From: Nageia nagi
Lineage: Eukaryota; Plantae; Pinophyta
Direction of reading: 5' to 3'
NCBI GenBank assembly: GCA_050084985.1
Contig: JBITNC010000001.1
Coordinates: 141,050,001 to 141,114,000 of the forward strand
DNA: 64,000 nt
A program made the translations under genes and the position numbers. The notes beneath the pieces were generated by a model. That model was not told where the DNA came from. It searched no databases and saw only the letters and a program-made list of their open reading frames with translations. Shown piece by piece: positions 1-10,956 of the stretch (position 1 is the stretch's first letter; every line of letters starts with the position of its first letter).

Positions 1-3000
1 GGAATGAGTCCAATTTCATGACAAGTCGTGAATGATATGAGATTGAAACTGAGACAAATTCTTATTACACAATTGTGAAATTGTTTTCCTTCAAGGCATA
101 AAGATAGCTTATTTAGTCGATGCTCCTTCTTCTCTTCCTCTTGGGTGACTTCTTCTTTCAAACTTGGCTCCTGGAGCATGAGACACTCAACATTATAATT
201 CGACCCTCTATGTTGTTCTCTCTATGATGCTAGCCAAACCAGGGAAGGTCTTGGAGGAGTATGGGAACCTTGGTGATATCTTCCACATAACCTTTGTTCT
301 TTCTTCAATTGTTCTACATCAATCCTTAATTCGTTCACCAAGTAGTCTACATCATCTCTTAGATCCCACATGGCACCTCTTAGATGCTCAAATTCTTCAT
401 CTTGCTTGCGCTGCTCCATGTCATAACACATCCTCCATAATCTTTCTATAGAATATTCAGAAGTATCAAATCTAGGAGTACTTGGTGAGCGTGAAGGATC
501 TTCAGGATCTTCAAGTTTTGAATGGACCATTTGTACTGGTCAGCTTGACTATTTATATGATTTCTTGTGTTCCACTGAGGTTGAAATACTGGTTGCATTG
601 GCTGTGATTGTTGTCTAGAAATGATAGCTTGAACCAGTGCTTGTTGTAGGATTGAATTTAAGTCAGCAGTCCCTCCTATCTAAGGCTAAGGTGGGGTTGG
701 ATTCAAATATGCTTGGCAACCTATCTGAGGCGGCATATGTATAGGTGAGAGATATGGTTTTCCTTGAGAGTTCCATGATATACTTGCTAACCCCCATGGT
801 GTTGTTATTGCCATGACTGTACAGTGTGATGGGAGTGGAAACCATCAAAGAATATGCTTCCAAGACTTAGAGTGTATGCTTGCAGTGTCTTGGTAAGAAA
901 GGATTGGATCCCTCGTTTGGTGTATGCATTTGTTTAAAGGACCCAAGTGAAAAAGAAAATAAAAGAGAAACAACTCGTACTAAATACAAGATAGTTCAGG
1001 CCCTCCTTCTAGCGCCAATTAATGTTGGTGTGTTTTTCTTTCCTACCCTGGATAGTGAGAAAAATGCCAACACCTTAGGTGAAAGGACATTACTCCCTCC
1101 CGCTATGAGGACTGGTTACCCCAAACGTTAGCTCCATGACTTGGTGAGGATAACTCAAGGAACAGCTAAGATGTTTGAAGTTGCCACTAACATGAATCAT
1201 GTGTGGATTCAAGGACTCAGATTGTCTTTGTAACCAAGCTAAGTTGTTTCTAAAAAATGTTGAAAGGGAAACACGGGTGCAAAAATTGAAGAAAAAGTGT
1301 AAAATAAAATAAAGAAAAAAAAAGTAGTGGAAAGACTGTGGGCAATCGGATGCAATGGTAGGCATGCATACTCACAAGCTTGGGATAAGGTCCTCAAGAG
1401 TCGACTTGCTAGGTCTCGGCATAGGTTCCACGCACCCTCAATCCGTTCCACTAGCCACCAACATGAATGGTCTAGTGGAAGGAGCGTGAAGTTGTGGCAA
1501 GGATGGAATAGGATGGGTGGAGGTGACACTCAACAATCCGGGTGAAGTTCCTACTATGAGCGATTTCAACAAGACATCTTGAGGTATTCAAGCCTAAAAT
1601 TGTAAATGACAAAATATCACCAACAATATGCTAATCAACCACTTCATAAGATATACAAGCACTCTCTTGTCCACTCCACACGGAATTTACAAGATGCACC
1701 AAGTGATGTAAATTAACACAAAGCAGTGATAGAACAAACTCCACAACACTGTCAATCATTCATTCAAATTTGGCATTACAACATGAGAAGCATATCATCA
1801 CAATTGCACTAACATATACCACACTTAACAACTTAGAGAATTTTTGGTCTAGCAAGCAAAATTTCCTTTCAATTCTTAAACGTGTCAATCCCCCCCTTAC
1901 AAATGAATCAAAATGGGGTATAAATAGTTTTAGGAGCAAACAACATGTTGCCCTAACCCTAATCACGAGTCTCAAGAAAAATAAATGTGGTCCAATAATA
2001 ATACATCACATGGCGTTACAATATTTATTCCAAGACTTGTGGGAGCAAATCCTCATTCATCATAAAGCTGTACAAAATTTAATGAGTTTTTAAAATCCAA
2101 TTCTAAAATAAAATTGCAATAAATAAAATAAAAGATAATTGTTGTGCTTGCAATAGCCCGCCTTAATGACTCCTAGGTTTATTCCAGTTGGTCCATCTTC
2201 TTTGTCTCTTCTGCTGACCTCGAGATGTGTTCATGCTCAAACTTCCGCGCCTGATCGTCAGAGACCAAATGTTGGGGCCTGGCGCATGCCCAGAAAAGAC
2301 AAGATTTTGTCTTTCTAGAATAGGTGCTCAACCCGAGGATGCATGTTCTTCGTCCATCGTTTTCCTATGTTCCCCACTCGTCCATCTCGACTCTTCATGC
2401 TCAAGATGAAACCTAAACTTGTCCATTTTACCTTCTCTAGTGTCCCAGCTTGCCGATTTTGCCCAACGAACTCACTCAAAGCTCCTCCAAGCCTGGCACA
2501 TGATTTCAAAAGACAAGATTGTCTTTTTGAAACGCGCTCCAAGTTCTCCAACTGCTTCAATCTAGGCGCATGGTCCAGAAAGTCAAGATTTGGTCTTCCT
2601 GAGGCATGCATTGGGTTGCAGGTGGCCATATTTGCTTCATTTTGGTCTTCTACCCCTAGGACTGTCATATTTTCAAGTTTGTTCCGTCCTGGTGCCTTCC
2701 CAAGCTTGGCACATGCTCCCAAAAGTCAAGAATTTGTCTATTTGAGGAATGCGCCAACCCCTCTAGTCATGCTGGAGCAAGATATGAGCTTCGAGACTCC
2801 ATGCCTTGGCAAAATTTCATGTTTCATCCCGACTGGATGCCTTCCTGGGCTTGGCACATGCTCCAAAAAGACAAAATTCTATCTTTTTGAGGCATGCACC
2901 AACCTTCTAGGTGTGTGCACTTCGATCTTCCAAGTCTCAAGTCCATCCTAGCGGCCTCATGGCCTGGGTGCATGCTCCCAAAAGACAAACTTTTGTCTTT

Positions 3001-3518
3001 TTGAGGTGTGCACTAACCTTGAAATATACTAAGTGGGCCTTCATTCAATCTTGGATGTCTCCCTAGGCTTGGCGCATGCCCCAGAAAGACAAGATTTTGT
3101 CTTTTGAGAGCATGCATTAGGTCTAGGAGTGACCCAATTTGCTCTTCCAGACTTAAACTCCAAATCAAGCATCTTCCTAACCCAAGCGCACGTCCTAGAA
3201 AGACAAAATCTTGTCTTCCTGGAGCATGCGCTAGGTTTGGGGTGGTCCAAATCTGTCTTGCTTGGCTCCGACTCAACTCAAGTTTCCCAATTTCACCTGA
3301 ACTCGACTTAAATACCCATACTTAGCTATTTTTTAGGGTTTTAACTCTTCAACACAATTGGGTTGTTTGGACACACTTGGATGATGGGCTGATAGGCATG
3401 ATTTTTGAGTTTGGCCTGAGACAAGGAGAGGATGTATTAACTAGGTACCAGACGAACGTAAGTTGTAGAGGGTCCCTAAAATTGTGGAATTTTGGGGTGA
3501 GTTGTGTAAGGCACAACA
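1..3518 (-). mobile_element. Ty3/gypsy-like LTR retrotransposon (non-chromovirus, Tat/Ogre-like): 5' LTR 1023-3518 (~2.5 kb), PBS 1000-1017, internal region running off the window start
   Basis: On the minus strand the LTR starts TGTTGTGC (3518) and ends CACCAACA (1023), followed after 5 nt by PBS-like TGGCGCTAGAAGGAGGGC. Its 5' terminus resembles that of the solo LTR at 29982. Lineage is inferred from LTR size and PBS type. Confidence 0.7.
2280..3260. repeat. Array of ~8 palindromic units (core AAAGACAA-N3-5-TTGTCTTT with GCATGC-like flanks) inside the LTR
   Basis: Cores near 2295, 2507, 2579, 2721, 2865, 2980, 3085 and 3198 with variable spacing. Confidence 0.85.
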
Positions 3519-4266
3519 AGTAGTGGATTCTAAATAGTAAAAAAAATTCATTTTCCAAATGTCAAAATGAGTGAGAGTGAGGGCCATGAATCAGAAAATG
3601 AAATGGAACAAAACATGCAACAAGAACAAACACAAGCTTTTGGAGGGGGCAACAATACATCCATTTATGAGTGTCCATCTTTGTTGTTAAAACCCTATGC
3701 CAAAGGACCATTTGACCCAAAAAAACATTTACTTCAGTTTGTTACAAACAATGACAAGGGGAAAAAACTTCAAAGGGGAGGGAGAAAGTGGACTTGCCAC
3801 TTTTCTTCCACTAATTTTTCTAGAAGTTATATCAAGGTTGTGTCACACCTTAAAAATAGATCAGGGTCAAGGGTGAGAGTATGCAAAAGCATGAATAACT
3901 TCCAATTTGCCAAAAACTCTAGGCTTGACCAAGGGGACACCCTTCAAGCACCAGGAAATCCAGTATTTAGTCAACCTAGCCGAGCATATCCTATTACACT
4001 TGCATCATCATCTTACACACAGCATTGTTCTTCTAGTTTACCGAGTCCTAATTTAAGTTCCAATTGTTGTATATATGATTGAATTGATGATAATAATGAA
4101 TTAGAAATAATAACATTTATAAAATCTAAAAATTTCAGAATTTTTTACTAGTATCATACTAGCCTCTCCCCCTGCCCTGGGCACTCCCTAAAAATGACCT
4201 CAATCGTTCCCTTTCTTGGGAACGCACTCCCACACTTTGTAGCCCCTGACACACCTTGGAACCTTG
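3519..4266 (+). mobile_element. Internally deleted hAT DNA transposon: BED-finger N-terminal transposase fragment (ORF 3567-4082) plus right end
   Basis: ORF contains KWTCHFSSTNFSRSYIKVVSHLK..G..VRVC (degenerate BED zinc finger). Ends GGAACCTTG (4266) with a subterminal region like that of the hAT end at 30416. The left part is displaced by the LTR insertion. Confidence 0.7.
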
Positions 4267-5279
4267 GATATTATACATCTAGCATTGGGAATATGATCTA
4301 TGGATTATGATTACCACAATTTGAAATGATATCATCTTAAAAACAAACAATCTAACATAAAACTTATAAAAGCAATAGCTAAGAGGATTAGCACATTAAC
4401 CAAACAAGAGATCTCATTCTATAGCCATGCTGCTTAAAATTCAAACTAAGGTGCTTCCATAAATTTGTAGTACATCAAGAAACAACATGTAGGCATAAAA
4501 CTCCACGTAGATAACTAGAAGATAAAAAAATTACTATTATTATTTGTTGTTATGTAGTTGTTATTTTCATTAACAAAAATTTGAGAAAGTAATGGTTCTT
4601 AAAAGAGTTAATAATCTTAACAAAAGGAGATGATGAACTTTTACATAATTGAAATAGGAAATTCCTTCATTAACATGACTTATTAGATTCCTTTATAAGC
4701 TTTAGCTTGGTAACATCCATCTCTTTGTACTAATATTCTAATTATCCATCTTATGGTATTACAGATTATACTTCACTAACAAATATATATACATTCTCAG
4801 AAATCATGACATTATTTTCTTTTTTTGGTAATGTTTGGAACTTTGGGTACAATATAGGCATGAACATGTGTGTAAGCACATGTATGCATAAAATATACAT
4901 TTACCTATATTTGATCCGGGAGGATCATACTCAGCTTTATATGAAGGATTTTCTGTTACAAATTTATCTTCAAAGTTGAACACCAATGGACTTTCTCCAC
5001 ACCTTTGAAGGCATTCAAATGTCACCATAACACATTCAATATAATATGAACAACCCTTTCTTCAATGAACAAGCTGATGTCGGAGGAAGAAGAATACACC
5101 AAAAGAAACTTTGTTTCCAATTACACAACAGATTCAATCCTCTACATGGAGAACATAGCGAAAGGCTTCTCCATCTCATACCTGTTATACATCTCTACAC
5201 AAACTTGGCTGTACACACTTGTATCAATACAATTTTTAATATTTTGAGCTCATATCTTGTATTGCTCTAAGTTTATCAG

Positions 5280-8200
5280 AGCGCGCACGGAAGCTAACAC
5301 TTTTTTTACTAGAGACACTAAGACTTCTACTTATCGATCATTACCTATCGATGATCCAAATGAGCCCGAGAGCATATATTTATAATAGCTCAAATGGGAT
5401 CAACGATTTACAATGAAAATACTCCAAATCTAAATTTGGGCCGTTAAAGCTATACCATACTTGCTACAGTGTTTTGAAGTGACTTAAAGTAAGCCACTAT
5501 CACATAAAGTTATTCCACTTACAATCCAAGTGGATAGGTAAAGCATATGATTCTTCCACTCACACCCCGAGTAGATAAGGATGCTATTACAGGCAATCCC
5601 GACTTGATTTAACCGAATCAAATTGTTGGCCATTATTATTTTAAGTGGGTTAAAGGCCCACCATGCTTCATCTTATGGTATCATGGGATACCATTTCGTG
5701 GAAACTTCACGAGAGAGCATTTCGGTTAGGCTTTCGTCATCAAGGATTCTTTGTTCTATAATCCACCGCCATTTCAACAACCACGTAGCGTGTATATCTA
5801 TCATTAAATTAAAGTGGTCATGAGCACTCAGATCATGAAATTCCAGTGGACATTAACTAGCCTGCAACCCATATTTGATGAACCATTCTTCAAACCAACT
5901 TGGTATTTCTTCAGAATTCTCACGTAAATGTGTACCTAAACCACTAAAATAATTGTGAGTAAAAAAAGAATTTTCATAACCAAGTAAGGTAAAGAAATGT
6001 CCCTTGTATTGTTCATAAGTCAGTTTGAATCCGCTTATTCTGACTTCTTGATTGTGATCCTAGGTTGGCCATTGATGGATGCCTCTAATTCTATTTATGA
6101 ATATAATGGCTCTTCCAATAAAATAATTTTCATCAATATGATTCCAATATTGCTTACAATAAATATCACCATGATGGAGTAAAACTCTGGAACCCATTGA
6201 ATGATTTAACACCCTGGTATGTATCGGATATGTACCTGGAATATTTATAACTCTACCATCTGGTAGAAGAATACCAATTCTCTGTTCAATGAACAACTCA
6301 TGTGTGTACCAGAAAGTTGGATTTCTTAAATCAATATTATGAAGTTTTGGTAATGTGGACACCACTTTCCAATCAGCTGTCCAAGGTCTAACCATGTTTA
6401 TATGATATTTTCTTGTTAAATAGTCAGCTACAAAGTCTTTGATGCCAGGGATATGTTCAAAGACTATGTCGTAGTCATCAAACCACATGCTCCATTTGAG
6501 CATTCTGCTACTGTCTGATGCTTTTTCAAATTTCTTTTGCAAGAAACTCTTCGTATTGTTAAGGTTTGATCTCAACACAAATTTCACAGACTGAACAAAA
6601 AATTGAAAGGCTTTTATAGCTTTTATGGCAGCCAAAATTTCCTTATGAGAAGATGGGTAATTCAGAGTAGAACCTGAAAAACTGCCTAATGTATACCTGC
6701 ATATCTTTTCTCCAATGCTGGTTTGCTCTTTAAGAACGGCTCCCCAAAATTGATCACTTGCATCTGTTTCAATAATTTTTAAGCCTGATCCTAGTAATGT
6801 CATGGGAGGAAGCTTAGAGCATTTTTCTTTTATTCTCTTAATAGCACTTGTCATTTCTTCATTCCATAGAAGAGCATTTTTTGTCAGTCTGATGTTCAAA
6901 AGTTTAGGATCTGCTGCTATAGCCTGATAATAACCTGAAACATAATTTACACATCCCAAAAATCTTTGCAATTGATTCAGGGATAATATTTCATCAGGAA
7001 AATTTTTAATCTTTTCAAAAATGAGCTTATAGTTGTATCTGTCCTCCTCTAATTTGTAGTCCAAGGAATTCAATTTCTTCTTTACAAAACACTAACTTCT
7101 TTTCACAAAAAACAAGAACTTGCTCATAACAAACTTTGTAGAATTCTTATAAATGTTGTACATGTTTTACATCTTTACTAAAAACAAGAATGTTGTCTAT
7201 GTACACACAAATGAAAGAACTGAAAGGCTGAAATAATCCGTCCATTACCTTATAAAAAATAGGAGGTGTTGTCTTTAACCCAAAGGGTAACACTGTCCAT
7301 TAATAATGGCCTCCTGGAACCACAAAAGTTGTCTTTGGCCTATCTGCAGATTTAACACTGATCTGCCAGAAACCTAATTTTAAATCAAACTTTGAAAACA
7401 CGTTAGAATGTTTCAATCTTCTTAATAACTCATCCTTAGAAGGAATAGGATATTGGACAGGTATGACATACTGATTTAGAGGCTTATAATTTAGAACTAG
7501 TCTCTTTTTACCTCTTGCTTGTTCAGATCTTATGTTTACATAAAAAGCACAACATGCCAATGGGGAATTAAACTTTTCAATTAAGTCTTTCTGTAGAAGC
7601 TCTTGAATTTCAATTTCACATTCTTTTCTTAAAGATGGACTAAACCCAATATGATGTGCCTTGAATTTGGGTTCTATCATCTTACCATCTTTTTCAACCA
7701 ATTTTAATTCTATACTGCATTAATGTACTTTGTGGTGCCTGAATGTTGTAGGGTCTTCTGAACACAAGTCCTTTATTTTTTCAATAATTTCATTTAAGTT
7801 TGAAGAATTCCAATTAACGAACTTTGTGACCCAATCCAATTTCTTTGCCTTAACAGGAGGATTCCAGATAGGGATTATTGATTCATAAAAGCTTTTCAGT
7901 GGATATTTATCCCTTTTAATACTATACAATTATCTTCTGTTAAACTAAAAGGCCTCAGTTTCATAAAATTGTCATATCCAATCATAAAATCATAATTTTT
8001 CATTTCATGCTGCACTAGTTTAAAAACTATGATCTCATTTTCAAAGACAAATGAAACTTCTGCAAACAGTGTGGAAACTATTTTTTCATAATTAAAAGAA
8101 AGACTTACTTTGTCTTGTATCCATAAGTCTTCTAGAATGGAGTTTCTTCTGGCAAGGCTACACTCACCACCTATATCAATTAAAGCATTCAAACTATAAG

Positions 8201-8880
8201 ACTTGAATCCATCAATTTTAACAGTCATTTTACATACAGGGGAGTAAGAATGGTTAACAACATTAATATTATGTTTTGCCAATTCTGAAGCATTTAGTTC
8301 TGTCTCATAATCAATTGTTTCATTGTAATCTGCTTCTTCTTTTAAGGGTTCCTCGAATTCCTCCTTTGCTTTCTGCAAAAACTTATGGAATTTTTGTATT
8401 CTCTGAAGTCTCCATTCTAACCTTTCTGCAATACTCTGTTTTCTGGGGACTTCTAAACAATGTTTTTCTTTTTGAAAAAAACTTGTTTTAGGCTTCATTT
8501 AGCCTTGATTGATCATGCATTCATTGCATGCACAAAACTTGTAATGTTTTGTATTTTTAGAAATCTATACAGAAGTACTTACAGGTGATATTTTTGAATT
8601 GCTGGTGGACTCCACTAATTCACCACGTTTCTGTGATTGGTGTGCAAGAGTCTGGAAATACTGATTTTATATAGTTCCGATTCAAATAATTCTATACATT
8701 TCAATCACAAATCCTGTACAAATTCTAGTTCAGATTCAAAAAGTTCTTCCTGTATAGATTCAGATATTGATTTTCAGATTCATATGTTTTCCCTTGGAAA
8801 ACCATCAATTCTTGATTTATCACAGCAAATCACCCAAACTCAGCAAGAGTTGTCATAGGTACCATACTATGATCTAGCAA
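5280..8880 (-). mobile_element. Endogenous pararetrovirus A (Caulimoviridae), decayed: Cys-rich region, aspartic protease, RT, RNase H, C-terminal florendovirus-ORF2-like domain, promoter/leader
   Basis: AP: LNALIDIGGECS. RT: AFYVNIRSEQARGKKRLVLNYKPLN, FSKFDLKLGFWQI, W..LPFGLK, VYIDNILVFS. Linker EKIKNFPD..QLQRFLGCVNY. RNase H: IETDASDQFWGAVL..ICRY..GSF..KEILA. No integrase. Several stops and frameshifts. Confidence 0.92.
5355..5384 (-). promoter_or_regulatory. Putative pgRNA promoter core of virus A (TATAAATA followed by TCATTTGGA)
   Basis: Minus strand TATAAATA at 5384-5377, then GCTCATTTGGA, resembling the CaMV 35S TATA..TTCATTTGGAG arrangement, placed after the last viral coding segment. 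Confidence 0.6.
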
Positions 8881-8882
8881 AG

Positions 8883-10956
8883 AATTACAACGGATTAATA
8901 GATTAGCTCATGAAATTACAGATAGGTCTCTTCGGATGGCAAAGATCGACCAGACTATACATAGTATACTTACAGACTTGAATTCCAGTTTGAAACTCAA
9001 AGCCAGCGTACCACAATATACACTTCAGGGGCTTTAACTCTGAGAACCGAAATCCTTACTAAGACTCTCTATACTCGGCTACTTGCTCTGCTACTAGCTA
9101 TCTCTTAGCTATCTATGCTTCAAATGAAGCTTACAAAGCTTATTTATAGTTTTTACAAAACCTTTTAATGGCTCAAATGTAATCCTTTTCTAACAAGATC
9201 TTAGCCGTTCAAACCTTCGCAATGAAGTAACAGTACTTTGACAAGACAAAGTTATTCATTCATATGTCGAGTGGAAAGCATAGAATATTAGAAAGGAATC
9301 TTAGGAGACAGTGAAGCTCCACTCTGTGAAGAATTCCAGCTGTCACTATCACTGTCGTCTCCAACTTATCTGCTTGTAGATGCCCTTTCTAGAGGTTGTG
9401 CCAAATAGTTTCAAAGCCAAGTGGTAGCTTCTTGTTCTAGTGATCTTAATGAGATGGGAGCGAATCCACATGTGATGTTGAACAAATATGATATCCTCCA
9501 TCTATTATTCAATTTTATTAAATTAAAAGAGAAACTGGAGGACCATTCGAGATGATATCTACAGATAGTTGATACAACAATAGCAAGTGTTTAGACTTCT
9601 CATGGATTGAGAGAACTGGGTTCGCATCTTGATATAAACTGTTGAGCAAACTCATTCCATAAGCAACTTCGAAACTTCACCTGCCATGTCCATCCAAGCC
9701 TGCAAACAAGGTTAAAATACAAATTTAACAAAACATCATTGTCCAAATGGACAATAGTAATAGATCCTACCTTTGACTCTTGATTAGTTGTCACATTAAA
9801 TCCTTGGGCCTGTAAGTCGATAGAAGCAAAAGCATTTCTTCAGATAAATTCTCCATTCATGCCACTACGAAGAATATTACTCTAGATCTCTATAGGAATC
9901 TCTATAAATGAAACATCACTCCTGTTAATTGTAGAAAAACCTATATTGTGCATTAAACATCCTGGAAGTGACAAACATTGAGGATTGCAGCTTAGCCAAT
10001 CTGAGACTATATTATTGCATCTTGCAATATGTTCAGCAATGTATTTAAATCTTTGAAAATACTCCTGCCACCTTAAGTACTTATCTCTCCCTTTTTTTTT
10101 ACCCTGGTTCTTTTTCCTTAAAGTAATAAACCTAGTACAGTCAATTCAAATGATGAATCTGAGGAGATGCATAAGTTTTAGAGCAAACTTGTTGAGAGCT
10201 TTTTTTACAACATATATCTCTTGATCAGAAGAGATCCACTTTTGAACACTGTCATCAAATACTCTTGATAAGTATTCACATACTCATTCTCGTTCTCTAT
10301 CACACACAAAACTACACCCCAACTTGTGTCACAAGCATCTGTATATAATATATAATCTTCGCTTTCTGGAACAAACAGTTTGGGTAACTTTTGACATTTC
10401 TATTTTATGTTCTGTACTGCGACAGTATGATCCACCCCCCATGCAAAAAAGTTTTTCTTTTTGAGTAAATTCTATAGGAGTTCTTGGTCTTTAGCAGCAT
10501 AAAGATAAAAATTATTGATGTAATTCAAAATCCCTAAAAAAGCTTATAACTGCTTAAAACTCATGACATCTGGGAATCACTGATTTTTTCAATGATGTGA
10601 GGTTGAACTTTGAGTTCAGAATTCTTAACATCCATGCCAAGGAAGTTGCAGGAGGTTGTACATAACTGAATTTTTTATGCTGAAATAACAACATTTTCTT
10701 GTGCTTTTTGGAAGAATTGAGTAAGATGGATAAGATAAGATTGGAGATTTGGACTGAATATTAGTATGTCATCTATTTATATACAAAGAAAAGATGACAT
10801 GTGAGAAAAGATTTCAACCATATGAGCTTGATAATAACTTGGAGCATTCATCAAACTGAAAGGCATTACTGTCCAATCAAAATGTCCAAAGGGACATGAG
10901 AATGTTGTCTTATGAACATCTGTTTCTCGGACTCTGATATGGTAAAATCCTGTTTA
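8883..10956 (-). mobile_element. Endogenous pararetrovirus B, left arm of the inverted repeat (partial RT, RNase H, C-terminal extension, promoter, leader); the more decayed copy
   Basis: Reverse complement of ~10983-13078 at roughly 90% identity by eye. ORF 9600-9794 matches part of ORF 11570-12514. Confidence 0.92.
9118..9148 (-). promoter_or_regulatory. Virus B promoter core in the left arm (intact TATAAATA then CTTCATTTGAAG); the right-arm copy at 12800-12807 is mutated to TATTAATA
   Basis: TATAAATA at 9148-9141 on the minus strand with a 35S-like downstream motif, located between the end of the polyprotein and the PBS. Confidence 0.6.

Noticed and set aside
2280-3260. CRISPR-like appearance (palindromic repeats with spacers)
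   Set aside because: Eukaryotic LTR context, degenerate repeats, irregular and partly repetitive spacers, no cas genes.
4804-5028. ORF with donor-like ATAG|GTAAAT as a further TH1 exon
   Set aside because: No resemblance to ThiD or ThiE sequence and no convincing acceptor.
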